NCBI GenBank assembly: GCA_026397605.1
Contig: JAPLUM010000727.1
Span: 1-50,416, forward strand
From: Verrucomicrobiota bacterium
GTDB taxonomy: Bacteria > Verrucomicrobiota > Verrucomicrobiia > Verrucomicrobiales > Verrucomicrobiaceae
Length of the DNA stretch: 50,416 bases
Reading direction: 5' to 3'
Positions within the stretch are counted from its first letter, which is position 1. Each line of letters starts with the position of its first letter. The notes beneath the pieces are model-generated. The model was not told the origin of the DNA. It worked only from the letters and a program-made list of their open reading frames with translations, and ran no database searches. The position numbers and the translations under genes were made by a program. Of this stretch, positions 1-10,763 are shown one piece after another.

Positions 1-3000
1 CTGCTGTTAATTGCGGTTAGGGTGACAGGTAAATTGCCCACATTGGTTATCTGACAGGCTTGGTATCTCTGCGCATAAGCATAAGTATCTGGAAACACGA
101 ATGGATCTGGCTGGCTGCGTAACAAGAATCGTGAGGGCACCGTCACTGTAACTGGCAAGTCAATTTGACTTAATCCGACTGCATTGCTGTTAAATCGAAC
201 CGTGGCGCCATAGGTGCCGCCAGGAAGCATTCGCGTGTCTAGCTGCAATGCCTGCACACGTGTCCTTTCAGCACGCACCGTCCCAGTTGTTGGAGTTAAC
301 TTTAACCATTCTGGAGACAGCGGATGCACGACACTCAACAAGAAACTATCCATCAATCGTGTCACTTCAGCCTCAGTTACCTGGCGTCCTGAAAGTGTGC
401 AGAAAAGCAGGTGGTAAAGCCGTGTCTTCCCAGAAAGCCCGGTAATTTCTAATTCATCTAGTGTCGTATCTATAGGAACGCTTTGATTGATACCTGGTTT
501 GTCCGTGACAATGACCAGATGATGAACTGCCGGCTGACTAAGACCGTGCGTCTGTTTCAAAAAACCGCGATAGGTTTTGCCAGCGATAGTGCGAGTAATG
601 CTGCTAGCGTCCACTCTGCCTGCGCCACCTGTGGCCAACTGGCCTTGTATCGAAAAAGAGGACATCTGATCCAAATCAGCGGCAAAAAGAAACAGTGTGC
701 CGGCCTTGCTGGTAAAATATGAACCCGAAGCTCCAACACCAACATGAGTTGTGAGCACCTTATCTGAATAAGGAATGGTGGCACCCAGCGCGGTGTTTGT
801 CGTATGAATGTTGCCACCGTTAAAGATGCCACTTCCAGCTGGTTCAATGATTCGATCTCCAAAAACGCCCCGCGGGAATGCATAGGTCGAAGGGATCTTG
901 GTTTGGAGCAAAACCATGTTTGCATTGAATTGGCTCAGCACTTCTGCCAGCGGCACTTCAGGACCGAATCCATCAATCAAACTCGATGTCCAAGCTAATT
1001 CTGCCCCACCATCGTTTCTGATGGTGATGTCACGTGAGATCAGCTCTCCCGGGTCAAGCCTTTCATCAAGACGGCTTGGCGTCACGGCCATCAAGGGAGG
1101 GCGCACAACCTTGGCACTCACAGGTAAAGTCACGACTCGATTTGAACGGATCGATGTTGTGAACTTACAATCATCTTTGAAATCACCTGTTACAGAAGAG
1201 CTATAAGAGAAAGTGACAGGAACCGAATCTCCAGGACCGAGCTGCAGAGGCAGAACTATGTCTAGAGTCAATCGGCTGCTGGAAGGCACTGCGGATAAAA
1301 TATCAAAAGGAACATTTCCCGTATTTGAAAAAATCACCTGTTGCTGGGCGACGGCATCGTTCCGACTTTCAGGGAAATCAATGGTGGGTTTTGATAGAGC
1401 TAGCGTGCCGGTTCTGGTGACTTGCATCCGTATTGGAATAGCCACTATAGGCCGCCTTGCATCGTTGCTTTCAAGGATCAGCCTTTCGCTATAAACACCC
1501 GCAGGCAGAAGATTTGTGATGGTCTTCAGAGTGATTGCCTGACTGCTGCCAGGCGACAAAGTGCCTTCAGAGTTATCGAGAGTAAACCTGCTGCCATCAC
1601 CCAACAAGCCACGCCAGCGAAGGGTGAGATCTCCTTGATTGGTCAACACGATCTGTCTTTGCAGGGCGACCCCCGGTGCAGTGCTAAAGCTCAGGCTAGC
1701 AGGATTCGACTGCAGCACGGGTCCGCGAATGCCAGTCCCTGATACGACCAGAAAAGAAAATCGCTCAGGTAAATTTGTTCCCAGAATCAGACTGCCGCCA
1801 GCACCACCAACCTTGGTTGGCCTGAACCTGATGATCAAGCTGCGCATCTGTCCAGGCAAGACCCGGAAGGGGAGAACTGACAAGCAGCTAAACGAAGGCG
1901 CAAAGGAGTGAATCGAATTGATCACTAGATCCGCACTACCAAGGTTCATGATTGGCACACTTATCTGGGAATGTTGCCCTATAAGAGTATCTGCAAAGAA
2001 GACATTCTGACTCAACACAATCCGTGGCGCAGCAATAATGCGCAGCCGCACTGGAAGAAAGCTCACGGGAGAAACCAGATCATTCGTGACGATCTCCAGC
2101 GTCGTCTCATAATCACCTGCTTTGAGTAGGTTTGTATCAAAATCCAATCTACTGCTTCCCTTTGCATTGGAAAAGATGCGGCCAAGACCTCCCGCAAGCG
2201 TGACCCACGGTGGCTGGCTAATCAGGCTCATCCGCCAAGATAATGGGCCTTTGCCACGATTCTCTAAGGTGACCTCTGCAGACCCTTTCTGGCCTTCGCG
2301 CAGCTGTAGTCTCACTTCCTTGGCTTTGATCGAAAGGGTCGGCGCTAATTGGCGCACTGCCAAGATCGGGACGACCATGGCTGGCAGTGTCGGATCATTC
2401 GATTCAATCAAGAGCTGTGCTTCATGACGACGTATAGGAGCCGTCGGATCAAAACTCACGACTACAAAATGATTAGCTTTGGCTGACACTTGGAATGGAG
2501 CTTGCGTCTGCAAGCTAAAATAGCCTGCATCAGGTCCTGCTAGGCTCATGCGCTGGACATTCAGCGGCAACGTTCCTGCATTACTTAGGGTCAAAGTCTG
2601 CTGAGCGCTAACACCTTCGACGACTGATCCAAAATCAATCCGATCCACACTGCCAACGATCTCCGGGGCGTCGGACACGATCATCGTAATGGGCAATCGC
2701 TGATCTACTTCGTTCGGAATATTCGTCTGAAAAATGGCCTCTGCTTCATAAGTGCCCGCTGCTTGTCCGACCGCTGAAAAATCAAGCGCTAGGCGATATC
2801 GTTCCCCTGGTCGTATGAAGCCAGAAGAGACACTTGTCTGTAGCCAGGATACCTGACCGACCAGGCCATCCATAATCTGATTCACAACCCGCCGGGCATC
2901 CCCAGACTCGAAGTTCGAGCTGTCGGAAATTTCATTGCCAACAAAAACCATGAAGCCAGCACCAAGTCTTGTAATCGCAGCGTGCGCGCGGCCATTGGGA

Positions 3001-5960
3001 TCTTGAACCAAAACTTCTGCCAAGCCTGTGATCGTTGCGGAGGCACCGACAGCAAACTCTCGCAATTCTCTGACGCCGGCCGTCATGGGATGGGGGCGGA
3101 TGTCGGTCAAAAAAAGATCCCTAAATGGATCGGATCTGGCTTGAATGCCAGTGCTTTCAAAAAGCTCGTTTATACGCTGCATCGAGCTAGGATTATCGGC
3201 CTCACACAAGACCCCTGCACCAGCCACGATACGCGCGCGGAGAAGTTCTAATTCATTGTCTGTAAAGCTGCCAATAGCATCATCAACGATGATTGCATCC
3301 ACAGCTGCCAAATCCGCACTTGTGAGTGGTGAGCTCAGAGTCACAACAGCTGCCCCACGGGATTGCAAGTCACGCAAAAGAAGGGAACGATCCCATATGG
3401 TACTAAAGGCACCGATGGTCCTGCCACTCAGTGAGTCCAGCGGCAATTCTAAAGCCGGCGCCAGGTTCGTTTCCATGGTCTTAAACGAGGATCTAGAACC
3501 TTCTTCGAGTGCTTTAGAACCCTGCTTGATCGGCGCTTCTGGCAGCCTGTAGAGGTTTTGAGCCGTTGCAGTGTTTGTTGAGCGATTGTTGGTCTTCAGG
3601 TTCCATGTTAATGCGGCTGTTCCTTCATTTATCATCTCCACGACCTGACTTTCCTTTCGATTCACATACAGCTCCGCCTGGACGGCAGTTGGGCTGAGCT
3701 GCAGTCGAGGTATTCCCAAGGAAAAATCCACACCCTCCGCTCCTGGAGGCGCATTTTTTGTTACGGCGAGACTTGGAACAAAGCCAGATGCTGAGGCACG
3801 AATTTGATAAACTCCATCCGTTAGTGTGGCCGAGTAGCGTCCGTCAGATCCTGTATCGATCGTTCGATTGGTTGGACCATCGAAAGACACCGTAGCACCT
3901 GATATCGGACTGTTATCGCTTACCCGTGTCACTCTTCCGGCGATGCGAGAGGAGGTGTATAAATACAGGGTCAAACGATGCACGCTCTCCTTCTGCTCCG
4001 GTCCATATCTGAGCGTAATCTGGAATTCTTCTGCATAAGGAGTGAGCGTTAAAGCCCTAGATTGCACCAAAAAAGGCGTCGCCGATTCTAACAATTGACC
4101 GGCGACTAAATTGCCTAAATCAACGCTTCCGCGAGTGATGGTATAGCGAGACGCTTTGGAGCTACTGGTGAGTGTGGCTTTGACGTTTTGGGCCAGCTCA
4201 GTTCCGCGATTTTGCACGGTGAATCGTAATGCTAAAGCTTCTCCAGGATTGCTAATGCCATCTCTATTTCCCCCAGCTTGCTCCTCAATGGTGGTGACGC
4301 TGATAATGGGCCGCGGCCCCGCGGAATCCGCAATCAATCGAGCCACATTCAATCGGCCACCTGAAACAGTGGTGCTGGTAAAGGCTGGCAGCGGATCGAC
4401 GGTCTCTAGAAGCTGCGTCTTGATTTCAGCCAGCGGCATCGTGGGCGCTAAACTCTTTAATAAAGCCACAGCGCCCGCCACATGCGGTGTCGCCATGGAC
4501 GTTCCGCTAAAGGTTGAGTATCCACCATTACGGACGGTGCTCAGGATGGAAGACCCTGGCGCGGCTAAGTCCACATTGGTCCTGCCATAGTTGGAGAAAC
4601 TTGATCGTGCATCACGATCCGTACTAGCCGCGACAGAGACGATGTTATCTGCCGCATAACTGGCAGGATATTGGGGAGACAGATCCAAGTCGCTTCCATC
4701 ATTACCGGCGGCTGCAATGAATAGTTGATTCGCCTGGCCTGCATTCACGATAGCTGCTTGTAGCAACGAACTAAAACCACCGCCACCCCATGAATTAGAA
4801 GTTAAATCTACTCCCAGAGTTCGTGAATAATTGACGGAATCAATGGCATCCGAAGTGACCCCACCACTGGGTCCTAGAAACCGAATGCCAACGATGGAAA
4901 TCTGCCAGCAAACGCCCGTGACACCGGATCGGTTATTTCCCACGCCCCCAATCGTCCCAGAGCAGTGCGTGCCGTGATTGTTTTCATCCATCGGATCATT
5001 GTCGTCAGCAAAAAAGTCCCAGCCATCGGCGTCATCAATGAAACCGTTGCGATCATCATCCACTCGGTTGCCCGCAATCTCCTTGGGGTTACGCCACATG
5101 TTTGAGACTAGATCAGGGTGCGTCCGATCCACGCCAGTATCAATCACTCCGACAAGCACTTCTCGCGATCCAGTCGTGAGATCCCAGGCCTCGACCGCAT
5201 CAATGTCAGCATCTACGGTGCCACCAGTCTGACCCGTGTTATGCATGCCCCAGAGCTGCGAAAAACTCGTGTCGTCTGGCAGTAATGTCGGAAACACCAA
5301 GTAATCACGTTCCGCGACTGCAACCTGCTCTGGTGTCTGAGGGAAAGCTTGGCGAAATGCGGTCATGATCCGGTCTGCCGTATCCAACGATTCCTCCGCT
5401 ACTGCGATTAGTGTCACGGCGGTTGTCTTCAAGGCATGCCTGAGCGTGAAGCCATGCTTTTTCGTCCAATCAGTGACTTGCTGCGGTCTCACACCCACGG
5501 GGAACTTCACCATTGCATGATCTGCCACCGAGAACTCACGACGCACGGGCTGCAGCCGCCCATCAGCATCCATCCCGAGCGTGGTTTCTTCCCGCACCAG
5601 AGGGTATTTGAAATCCGTGCGCCAAAGTCGAATCTCTTTAGCCGGCTCTTTACCGCGTGCCTGAATTTGACGTCGGTCCAGCATCACTGCGTCTTTGAGC
5701 AGGCGCTCTTGATACAGATTTAAGGAGACTGGATGAAACGCTCTAGGTGTGTCAGCCAACGCTGGCCGATCTGGCTTTTTGGCTTCTATCTGGGGCACCA
5801 GTACCGCTTGTGTTTCTGCTGGTTCATTTGAGGAGACGAAGGCTACTCTCGTCTGGATGGACAAGTGGCTCGGACCTCCATAGTACCAAGAGATCACCGC
5901 TGTCATGACAATGCCCATACACAAGGTATAGGTCCATAGTCGTTTGCGGAATTTGTTCAT
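1..5960 (-). CDS. Very large secreted/surface S8 (subtilisin-like) serine peptidase with C-terminal Ig-like / choice-of-anchor D (ASH) repeats; 3' end lies outside the window
   Basis: ATG at 5960 (MNKFRKRLWTYTLCMGIVMTAVISWYY, hydrophobic N-terminus). Triad motifs read in one frame: VLVGVIDTGVDRTHPDL (~5160-5110), NHGTHCSGTIG (~4978-4946), SGTSMATPHVAGA (~4508-4470). Repeats such as LTLSNAGTLPLNV (~2590), VIFSNTGNVP (~1330) and QITNVGNLPVTL (~50) are in the same frame. Its absence from the ORF track fits a frame with no stop before the window edge. Confidence 0.92.
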   Translation of the reverse strand, partial: MNKFRKRLWTYTLCMGIVMTAVISWYYGGPSHLSIQTRVAFVSSNEPAETQAVLVPQIEAKKPDRPALADTPRAFHPVSLNLYQERLLKDAVMLDRRQIQARGKEPAKEIRLWRTDFKYPLVREETTLGMDADGRLQPVRREFSVADHAMVKFPVGVRPQQVTDWTKKHGFTLRHALKTTAVTLIAVAEESLDTADRIMTAFRQAFPQTPEQVAVAERDYLVFPTLLPDDTSFSQLWGMHNTGQTGGTVDADIDAVEAWDLTTGSREVLVGVIDTGVDRTHPDLVSNMWRNPKEIAGNRVDDDRNGFIDDADGWDFFADDNDPMDENNHGTHCSGTIGGVGNNRSGVTGVCWQISIVGIRFLGPSGGVTSDAIDSVNYSRTLGVDLTSNSWGGGGFSSLLQAAIVNAGQANQLFIAAAGNDGSDLDLSPQYPASYAADNIVSVAASTDRDARSSFSNYGRTNVDLAAPGSSILSTVRNGGYSTFSGTSMATPHVAGAVALLKSLAPTMPLAEIKTQLLETVDPLPAFTSTTVSGGRLNVARLIADSAGPRPIISVTTIEEQAGGNRDGISNPGEALALRFTVQNRGTELAQNVKATLTSSSKASRYTITRGSVDLGNLVAGQLLESATPFLVQSRALTLTPYAEEFQITLRYGPEQKESVHRLTLYLYTSSRIAGRVTRVSDNSPISGATVSFDGPTNRTIDTGSDGRYSATLTDGVYQIRASASGFVPSLAVTKNAPPGAEGVDFSLGIPRLQLSPTAVQAELYVNRKESQVVEMINEGTAALTWNLKTNNRSTNTATAQNLYRLPEAPIKQGSKALEEGSRSSFKTMETNLAPALELPLDSLSGRTIGAFSTIWDRSLLLRDLQSRGAAVVTLSSPLTSADLAAVDAIIVDDAIGSFTDNELELLRARIVAGAGVLCEADNPSSMQRINELFESTGIQARSDPFRDLFLTDIRPHPMTAGVRELREFAVGASATITGLAEVLVQDPNGRAHAAITRLGAGFMVFVGNEISDSSNFESGDARRVVNQIMDGLVGQVSWLQTSVSSGFIRPGERYRLALDFSAVGQAAGTYEAEAIFQTNIPNEVDQRLPITMIVSDAPEIVGSVDRIDFGSVVEGVSAQQTLTLSNAGTLPLNVQRMSLAGPDAGYFSLQTQAPFQVSAKANHFVVVSFDPTAPIRRHEAQLLIESNDPTLPAMVVPILAVRQLAPTLSIKAKEVRLQLREGQKGSAEVTLENRGKGPLSWRMSLISQPPWVTLAGGLGRIFSNAKGSSRLDFDTNLLKAGDYETTLEIVTNDLVSPVSFLPVRLRIIAAPRIVLSQNVFFADTLIGQHSQISVPIMNLGSADLVINSIHSFAPSFSCLSVLPFRVLPGQMRSLIIRFRPTKVGGAGGSLILGTNLPERFSFLVVSGTGIRGPVLQSNPASLSFSTAPGVALQRQIVLTNQGDLTLRWRGLLGDGSRFTLDNSEGTLSPGSSQAITLKTITNLLPAGVYSERLILESNDARRPIVAIPIRMQVTRTGTLALSKPTIDFPESRNDAVAQQQVIFSNTGNVPFDILSAVPSSSRLTLDIVLPLQLGPGDSVPVTFSYSSSVTGDFKDDCKFTTSIRSNRVVTLPVSAKVVRPPLMAVTPSRLDERLDPGELISRDITIRNDGGAELAWTSSLIDGFGPEVPLAEVLSQFNANMVLLQTKIPSTYAFPRGVFGDRIIEPAGSGIFNGGNIHTTNTALGATIPYSDKVLTTHVGVGASGSYFTSKAGTLFLFAADLDQMSSFSIQGQLATGGAGRVDASSITRTIAGKTYRGFLKQTHGLSQPAVHHLVIVTDKPGINQSVPIDTTLDELEITGLSGKTRLYHLLFCTLSGRQVTEAEVTRLMDSFLLSVVHPLSPEWLKLTPTTGTVRAERTRVQALQLDTRMLPGGTYGATVRFNSNAVGLSQIDLPVTVTVPSRFLLRSQPDPFVFPDTYAYAQRYQACQITNVGNLPVTLTAINS

Positions 5961-6075
5961 CACCAGTTAAACAAAGACATTTCATAGGGTTTTTTCGCTC
6001 AAAGCAAGAATAAAAAGCGCCCTATACTGGGTTCATCTTGACTTCGATTTTGATCTCAGTCCATGCTGACTGACC

Positions 6076-7185
6076 ATGACTTTATCAAATCGAATACACC
6101 TACTATTCTGGTGCTTCGTCTTTACCCAAGGGAGTGGACTGGCTCAGGAACTGCCAGATTGGCAATCTGCCGCACTGCGGTTGGAGGCAAATCAGGCTGC
6201 GCGCCTGCTGAACACTCAGCAGCTACTTATCAATGAACTCGGCATTCTCCATCATTTAGCCATCAAGAGTGGTGACATTCCACAATCAAATGTCCTAGCG
6301 ACTGAGGTAGCTTTGGCAGAGGCCGATCTAAATCTTCTGAAAAAGGGACGCGTACCAAGCTTTGCCGGTGTACAGGCTGAGAAAGTGGACTGGCTGCGCG
6401 CTGCGACTGGAAAAACATGGGCACTGGTAAACACCACCAATGTTAAACGTCTGGGCATACGTGCAGGCTTACTCCAGCTAATCGATGAGAAAACGGGTTC
6501 TATCATTGGCGCATCGATTGCGAGCACCCATCATTCGCCTGGGTTCTTTTATCAAATCACTAGCACACGTCCCTTCATTGCCTGCTTTTTTTCGCCAGAT
6601 CTGAAGTCATTGCACTACATGACTGCAACTGGTCTGCCTAGCAGCATTAACATGGTTGGTCAGGCGCTATCTCTCCCACCAGCGAACGAAAAGCAGCCGA
6701 TCGAGGCTGATCCTACCGCAGATCTGACCTCCCTATTGCGCGGCAAATTCAAGAAGGGGGTATGCCAATACCTGGACGCTTTGATTCCGCAGCTTGCGGA
6801 GGCTGCAACTAAGGATGAAAAGGCCGGCTTGGCTTTGGAGAAGGCTAAAATGGAGCGTGCTGCGCTTTTTCAAACAAGACCCACATTTGAAAATCGGCCA
6901 GGTCGCGTTCCAACCAATTTTTTAGCATTGGCTGAGGGACGCACCTGGCGCTTTGGGAATAGTAAGACCCTTTCTAGTATTAGCTATGCCAACAAGGTCT
7001 TTAGAATCACCAACCCTGAGGGCCAAGTTTTCGTTTACCAAAACCCCACGGTGCTTTGGCCTGGATTTCTGACAATCACGCATCCGAACAAAACAAGGTA
7101 TGCGCTCTGGTTTGAGGGCGAGACGATAGATAAGCTGCGAGTGACATCCATTGTCGGCCAATGGTCAGGGCATCTTATCGAATGA
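6076..7185 (+). CDS. Hypothetical secreted protein with two-fold internal repeat
   Basis: 369-aa ORF, signal-peptide-like N-terminus (LLFWCFVFTQGSGLA-QE), repeated segments GKTWAL...PGFF / GRTWRF...PGFL. Confidence 0.7.
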   Translation: MTLSNRIHLLFWCFVFTQGSGLAQELPDWQSAALRLEANQAARLLNTQQLLINELGILHHLAIKSGDIPQSNVLATEVALAEADLNLLKKGRVPSFAGVQAEKVDWLRAATGKTWALVNTTNVKRLGIRAGLLQLIDEKTGSIIGASIASTHHSPGFFYQITSTRPFIACFFSPDLKSLHYMTATGLPSSINMVGQALSLPPANEKQPIEADPTADLTSLLRGKFKKGVCQYLDALIPQLAEAATKDEKAGLALEKAKMERAALFQTRPTFENRPGRVPTNFLALAEGRTWRFGNSKTLSSISYANKVFRITNPEGQVFVYQNPTVLWPGFLTITHPNKTRYALWFEGETIDKLRVTSIVGQWSGHLIE

Positions 7186-7189
7186 TCGG

Positions 7190-8614
7190 TTAAGGCTCGC
7201 GGTAAGAGTCTTTGAGCAGCTTTTCAAGTTCTGCAACGATCTCAGGGTGTTGAGTGGCGAGGTTGGTTTCTTCTCCGATGTCTTTCTCCAGGTTGTAGAG
7301 TTCTCGGGTCATCTTGAGCTTCTTTTTGGCTTTTTTGTCAGCCCCGGTATTTTGTTGGATGAGCTTCCAGGGCCATTTCAAGGCCGCATTTTTGCCGCCT
7401 TTCTCACCGAAGTACCAGCACAGATGAGAATGCTGCTTTTGGCCTTCTTGCCCTAGCAGCGTGGGCTTCAAGGAGAGGCCGTCGGTCTCGGCGGTGAGCT
7501 TTGTATCACTTAGGTCGGCGACGGTTGGCAGCAGATCCTGAAAACCGCTGACGTGATCGCTCACGGTACCAGCTTTCACCTTGCCTGGCCACCAAGCGAC
7601 GAGCGGCACGCGCACGCCGCCATCGGTGAGGTCACGTTTGATGCCTTTGAAGTCGCCGTTGCTATTGAAAAAGTCGCTTTTGTGACCGCCTTCTTGATGG
7701 GGGCCGTTGTCGCTAGAAAAAAGGACCAGAGTATTTTCGGCCAGGCCACGCTGCGTCAAGAGATCCATGACTCGGCCGACCTCCTGATCAAGATACCACA
7801 CGAGCTGGGCAAATCCCTTCTCGGCATCTGGCCAGTCTTTCTCGGCAAACTGCCCATAGTCTGGGCACTCCATGCCATGCCCGAGTGGCGAGTCCTTGCC
7901 GGCTTCGTTGTTCGTGTGCGGGATGTTCAGGGCGTAATACAGGAAAAACGGTTTCTCTGGCTGGGCGGCGCAATCGGTCAAAAAGCGTGCAGTCTCCTTT
8001 GAGCAAAGCTCAGGCACCCACTGCTTTCGACCATCCAGCGGAGACACTCCAGTGCCGATCAGATCCGTGCCCTGATAGTCTGCCACCTCTTTTTGAGTGT
8101 TTGGGATGACGGTGTTGTTCAATGGCAGGATGTTGCCGTTTTGGATGATCGCTTTGGTGTAAAAATTGTGGGCGTGACTGGTGCCGACGTAGCCGTAAAA
8201 CTCATCAAATCCTTTTCTTTCGGGGTCATTGAGTGGCAGTGGTTTGCCGAGGCCAAATTTACCAATGCAGGCAGTACGGTAGCCCGCTTTCTTCAGTAAG
8301 CTTGGGACTGTGACATCGCTGTCAGGGATCGTCCAGGGATCGTTACCACGCACACGGCCATGACCTGAATGCAGACCCGTCATGAGAACACAGCGTGAGG
8401 GTGCGCACACCGTGCTACCTGCATAGTGACGGGTGAATTTCATCCCCTCAGCTGCCATGCGATCGATGTTCGGGGTCTTCAGTCCCGACTTCTGACCATA
8501 ACAACCGACATCCCCATAGCCGAGATCATCGGCCAAAATGTAAACGATGTTTGGTTTTGCCATGGCCTGTGTCACGGCTGCAAAAAGAGCTAAAAAGAGG
8601 TGTCTGAACTTCAT
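7190..8614 (-). CDS. Arylsulfatase (formylglycine-dependent S1 sulfatase), secreted
   Basis: PNIVYILADDLGYG, CAPSRCVLMTG (CxPxR), GYRTACIGK, SSDNG, signal peptide. Confidence 0.95.
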   Translation of the reverse strand: MKFRHLFLALFAAVTQAMAKPNIVYILADDLGYGDVGCYGQKSGLKTPNIDRMAAEGMKFTRHYAGSTVCAPSRCVLMTGLHSGHGRVRGNDPWTIPDSDVTVPSLLKKAGYRTACIGKFGLGKPLPLNDPERKGFDEFYGYVGTSHAHNFYTKAIIQNGNILPLNNTVIPNTQKEVADYQGTDLIGTGVSPLDGRKQWVPELCSKETARFLTDCAAQPEKPFFLYYALNIPHTNNEAGKDSPLGHGMECPDYGQFAEKDWPDAEKGFAQLVWYLDQEVGRVMDLLTQRGLAENTLVLFSSDNGPHQEGGHKSDFFNSNGDFKGIKRDLTDGGVRVPLVAWWPGKVKAGTVSDHVSGFQDLLPTVADLSDTKLTAETDGLSLKPTLLGQEGQKQHSHLCWYFGEKGGKNAALKWPWKLIQQNTGADKKAKKKLKMTRELYNLEKDIGEETNLATQHPEIVAELEKLLKDSYREP

Positions 8615-8703
8615 GAGACAGCATCAAACGTAGCGCTGAGAGCTTTGCTACAGCAAAAAGCTCCTCTTGCGCGATCCTCAGGCTACCGCCAACATCGGCC
8701 ATC

Positions 8704-9507
8704 ATGCTTAAACTTGGACTCATCGGATGTGGTAAAATGGGCGGCGCGCTTCTGCGTGGCGTGGAAAAGGCGCTTGGACACGAGGCTCTCTCGGTGGCCT
8801 TGAGTGATGTCGTGCCTGCGGCAGAGGCCGCTCTCAAAGATTGCCTCACCTGCCAAGTCACGATCGGCAGCCCCGTAGGGGTGGCCGCCGCCTCTGACGT
8901 CATCCTCCTGGCGGTGAAGCCTAACGACATGCAATCTCTGTGCAAAGGACTATCCGCCGTGCCAGGAAGTCGACTTTATCTGAGCATCGCTGCAGGTTTG
9001 AAGGTGGCCGATCTTGAGAGTTGGCTTGGAAGTGGGCAGCGGGTGATCCGCTCCATGCCAAACACGCCTGCTCTCGTCGCCACAGGTGCAGCCGCCTTCT
9101 CACGCGGCACTTCAGCCAGCGCTGAAGATGCTGCTTTGGCCAAGAAGATTCTAGGAGCTGTGGGCACAGCCGATGAGGTTTCGGAAAAACTCCTGGACGC
9201 CGTAACAGGCCTGAGCGGCAGTGGACCCGCTTATATTTATACCGTGATCGAAGCTCTGGCCGATGGTGGTGTGCTCATGGGGCTCCCCCGCACAGCAGCG
9301 CTGACGCTAGCAGCACAAACGGTGGCCGGTGCTGCTAAAATGGTGCTGGAAACAGGCAAGCACCCAGCTGTGCTTCGTGACGAAGTTACTAGCCCCGGTG
9401 GCACAACCATTGCAGGTCTGGAGCAGCTAGAGTCTCATGGCTTACGCAATGCACTGATCCAAGCTGTGCGCGCTGCCACTGAGCGCAGCTTGGCCATGGG
9501 CAAATAG
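8704..9507 (+). CDS. proC: Pyrroline-5-carboxylate reductase
   Basis: IGCGKMG, LAVKP, SIAAG, RSMPNTP, GLSGSGPAY, VTSPGGTTIAG. Confidence 0.97.
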   Translation: MLKLGLIGCGKMGGALLRGVEKALGHEALSVALSDVVPAAEAALKDCLTCQVTIGSPVGVAAASDVILLAVKPNDMQSLCKGLSAVPGSRLYLSIAAGLKVADLESWLGSGQRVIRSMPNTPALVATGAAAFSRGTSASAEDAALAKKILGAVGTADEVSEKLLDAVTGLSGSGPAYIYTVIEALADGGVLMGLPRTAALTLAAQTVAGAAKMVLETGKHPAVLRDEVTSPGGTTIAGLEQLESHGLRNALIQAVRAATERSLAMGK

Positions 9508-9509
9508 TC

Positions 9510-10763
9510 TCACGCAGCGAGTTCACCGGGCTTTCCCCACTCCGCATCCGCATTCATAGAACGACGGAGAAAGTCTTCGGCCTCTTGTGTGTTTTTGTTT
9601 GGGTCCAAGGGAAGTCGCATGACCATCTCCATCCCATTAGGCTCTAAGCGACGCGCAGTGACGCTGCCTCCATGCAGATGCAGGGTCACGTAACAGGCCA
9701 TCATATTGACGCCAAAGTCATCTGGCTTCCGACTACGCGTATAAAACGGGTCAAAGAGATTGGCCGCCACATCCTGCGGGCCTCCCCAGGCGCCATTATC
9801 AGCAAGTGAGATGACGACATACTCATCACCCTCAGCGTCTTTTTCGATTTGGGCTTTAATCAGCACCAGATCGCCTTCATGCAGATGCGTGATCTCTTCG
9901 ATAAAAAGCAGACGCAGCATCTGTCGGAAGCGTTCTCCATGCACCAGCAGTGGCGGCACATTGGAGCTGACTTCCAGGTTAAAACGAATCTTTTTGTCTT
10001 GCAGATGCTGCTGGTAAAGAGCTCGTGCTTCTTCCAACTCGGCAGTGAGATGGATCTCATCCTCGCGCTTGAGTTTTTTGGCATAAGACGCATGGGCTAG
10101 ATTCGTCAGCAGACTCTGAATACGCTCGATCTGGGACTGTGCCTGGCCCTGCATCTCGATCCAAAACGAGGGGTCGCGTGGATATCGCGCGTCGATTTCC
10201 TCCATCAGCTTCATGGGTGCCAGATCAATGAAGGCCCGCACCACAGTCAGCGCATTGCGAATGTGATGATTCAGGCCCTCTGCCATGATGCCCATGCCCA
10301 TGACCTTATCCGTCATCAGCTGAGTTCTCAGATTGCCTGCTTTCTCACGCAAAAACTTATCCCGATCTTGAAGAGCCTGATAGGCCTCCAGTCCCTCTTT
10401 GAGCACCTCACCCAGCTTTTCTGGCTCGATAGGTTTATGCAGATAACGCCAGGCAGCACCTTCATTCACAGCCTTCACCGCGCTCTCGTAGTCCGTGTAG
10501 GCAGTGACCAGAATGCGGATGATATTGGGCTGCAATCGCCGCGCACGTTCCATCAACTCCACACCGCTTTCACCGGGCATCCGCTGATCCGTGAGAAGGA
10601 TGCCAATGCGCACGCCATGAGCTTCCAGAAGCTTGTAGCCATCAGCTGCATTGGTGGCCGTATGGATGACATATTCATCCTCAAAGCACTGACGAAAGTA
10701 ATGCACGGCGCGTTCTTCATCATCCACATAGAGGATGTGAAAGGGGCTGAGAAGAGTATTCAT
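9510..10763 (-). CDS. Hybrid response regulator: N-terminal receiver + HisKA + degenerate HATPase (PhcR/PhcQ-like)
   Basis: Start moved to MNTLLSPF at 10763 (ATGA overlap with the upstream kinase stop). ILYVDDE, LLTDQRMPG, HKP, EGLNHHIRNAL, ADNG...LFDPFYT; N-box and G2 box degenerate (FIEE, DFGVNM). Confidence 0.88.
   Translation of the reverse strand: MNTLLSPFHILYVDDEERAVHYFRQCFEDEYVIHTATNAADGYKLLEAHGVRIGILLTDQRMPGESGVELMERARRLQPNIIRILVTAYTDYESAVKAVNEGAAWRYLHKPIEPEKLGEVLKEGLEAYQALQDRDKFLREKAGNLRTQLMTDKVMGMGIMAEGLNHHIRNALTVVRAFIDLAPMKLMEEIDARYPRDPSFWIEMQGQAQSQIERIQSLLTNLAHASYAKKLKREDEIHLTAELEEARALYQQHLQDKKIRFNLEVSSNVPPLLVHGERFRQMLRLLFIEEITHLHEGDLVLIKAQIEKDAEGDEYVVISLADNGAWGGPQDVAANLFDPFYTRSRKPDDFGVNMMACYVTLHLHGGSVTARRLEPNGMEMVMRLPLDPNKNTQEAEDFLRRSMNADAEWGKPGELAA

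Noticed and set aside
214-5723. Numerous short ORFs in the track across the first 5.7 kb
   Set aside because: Antisense or out-of-frame shadows of the S8 protease gene
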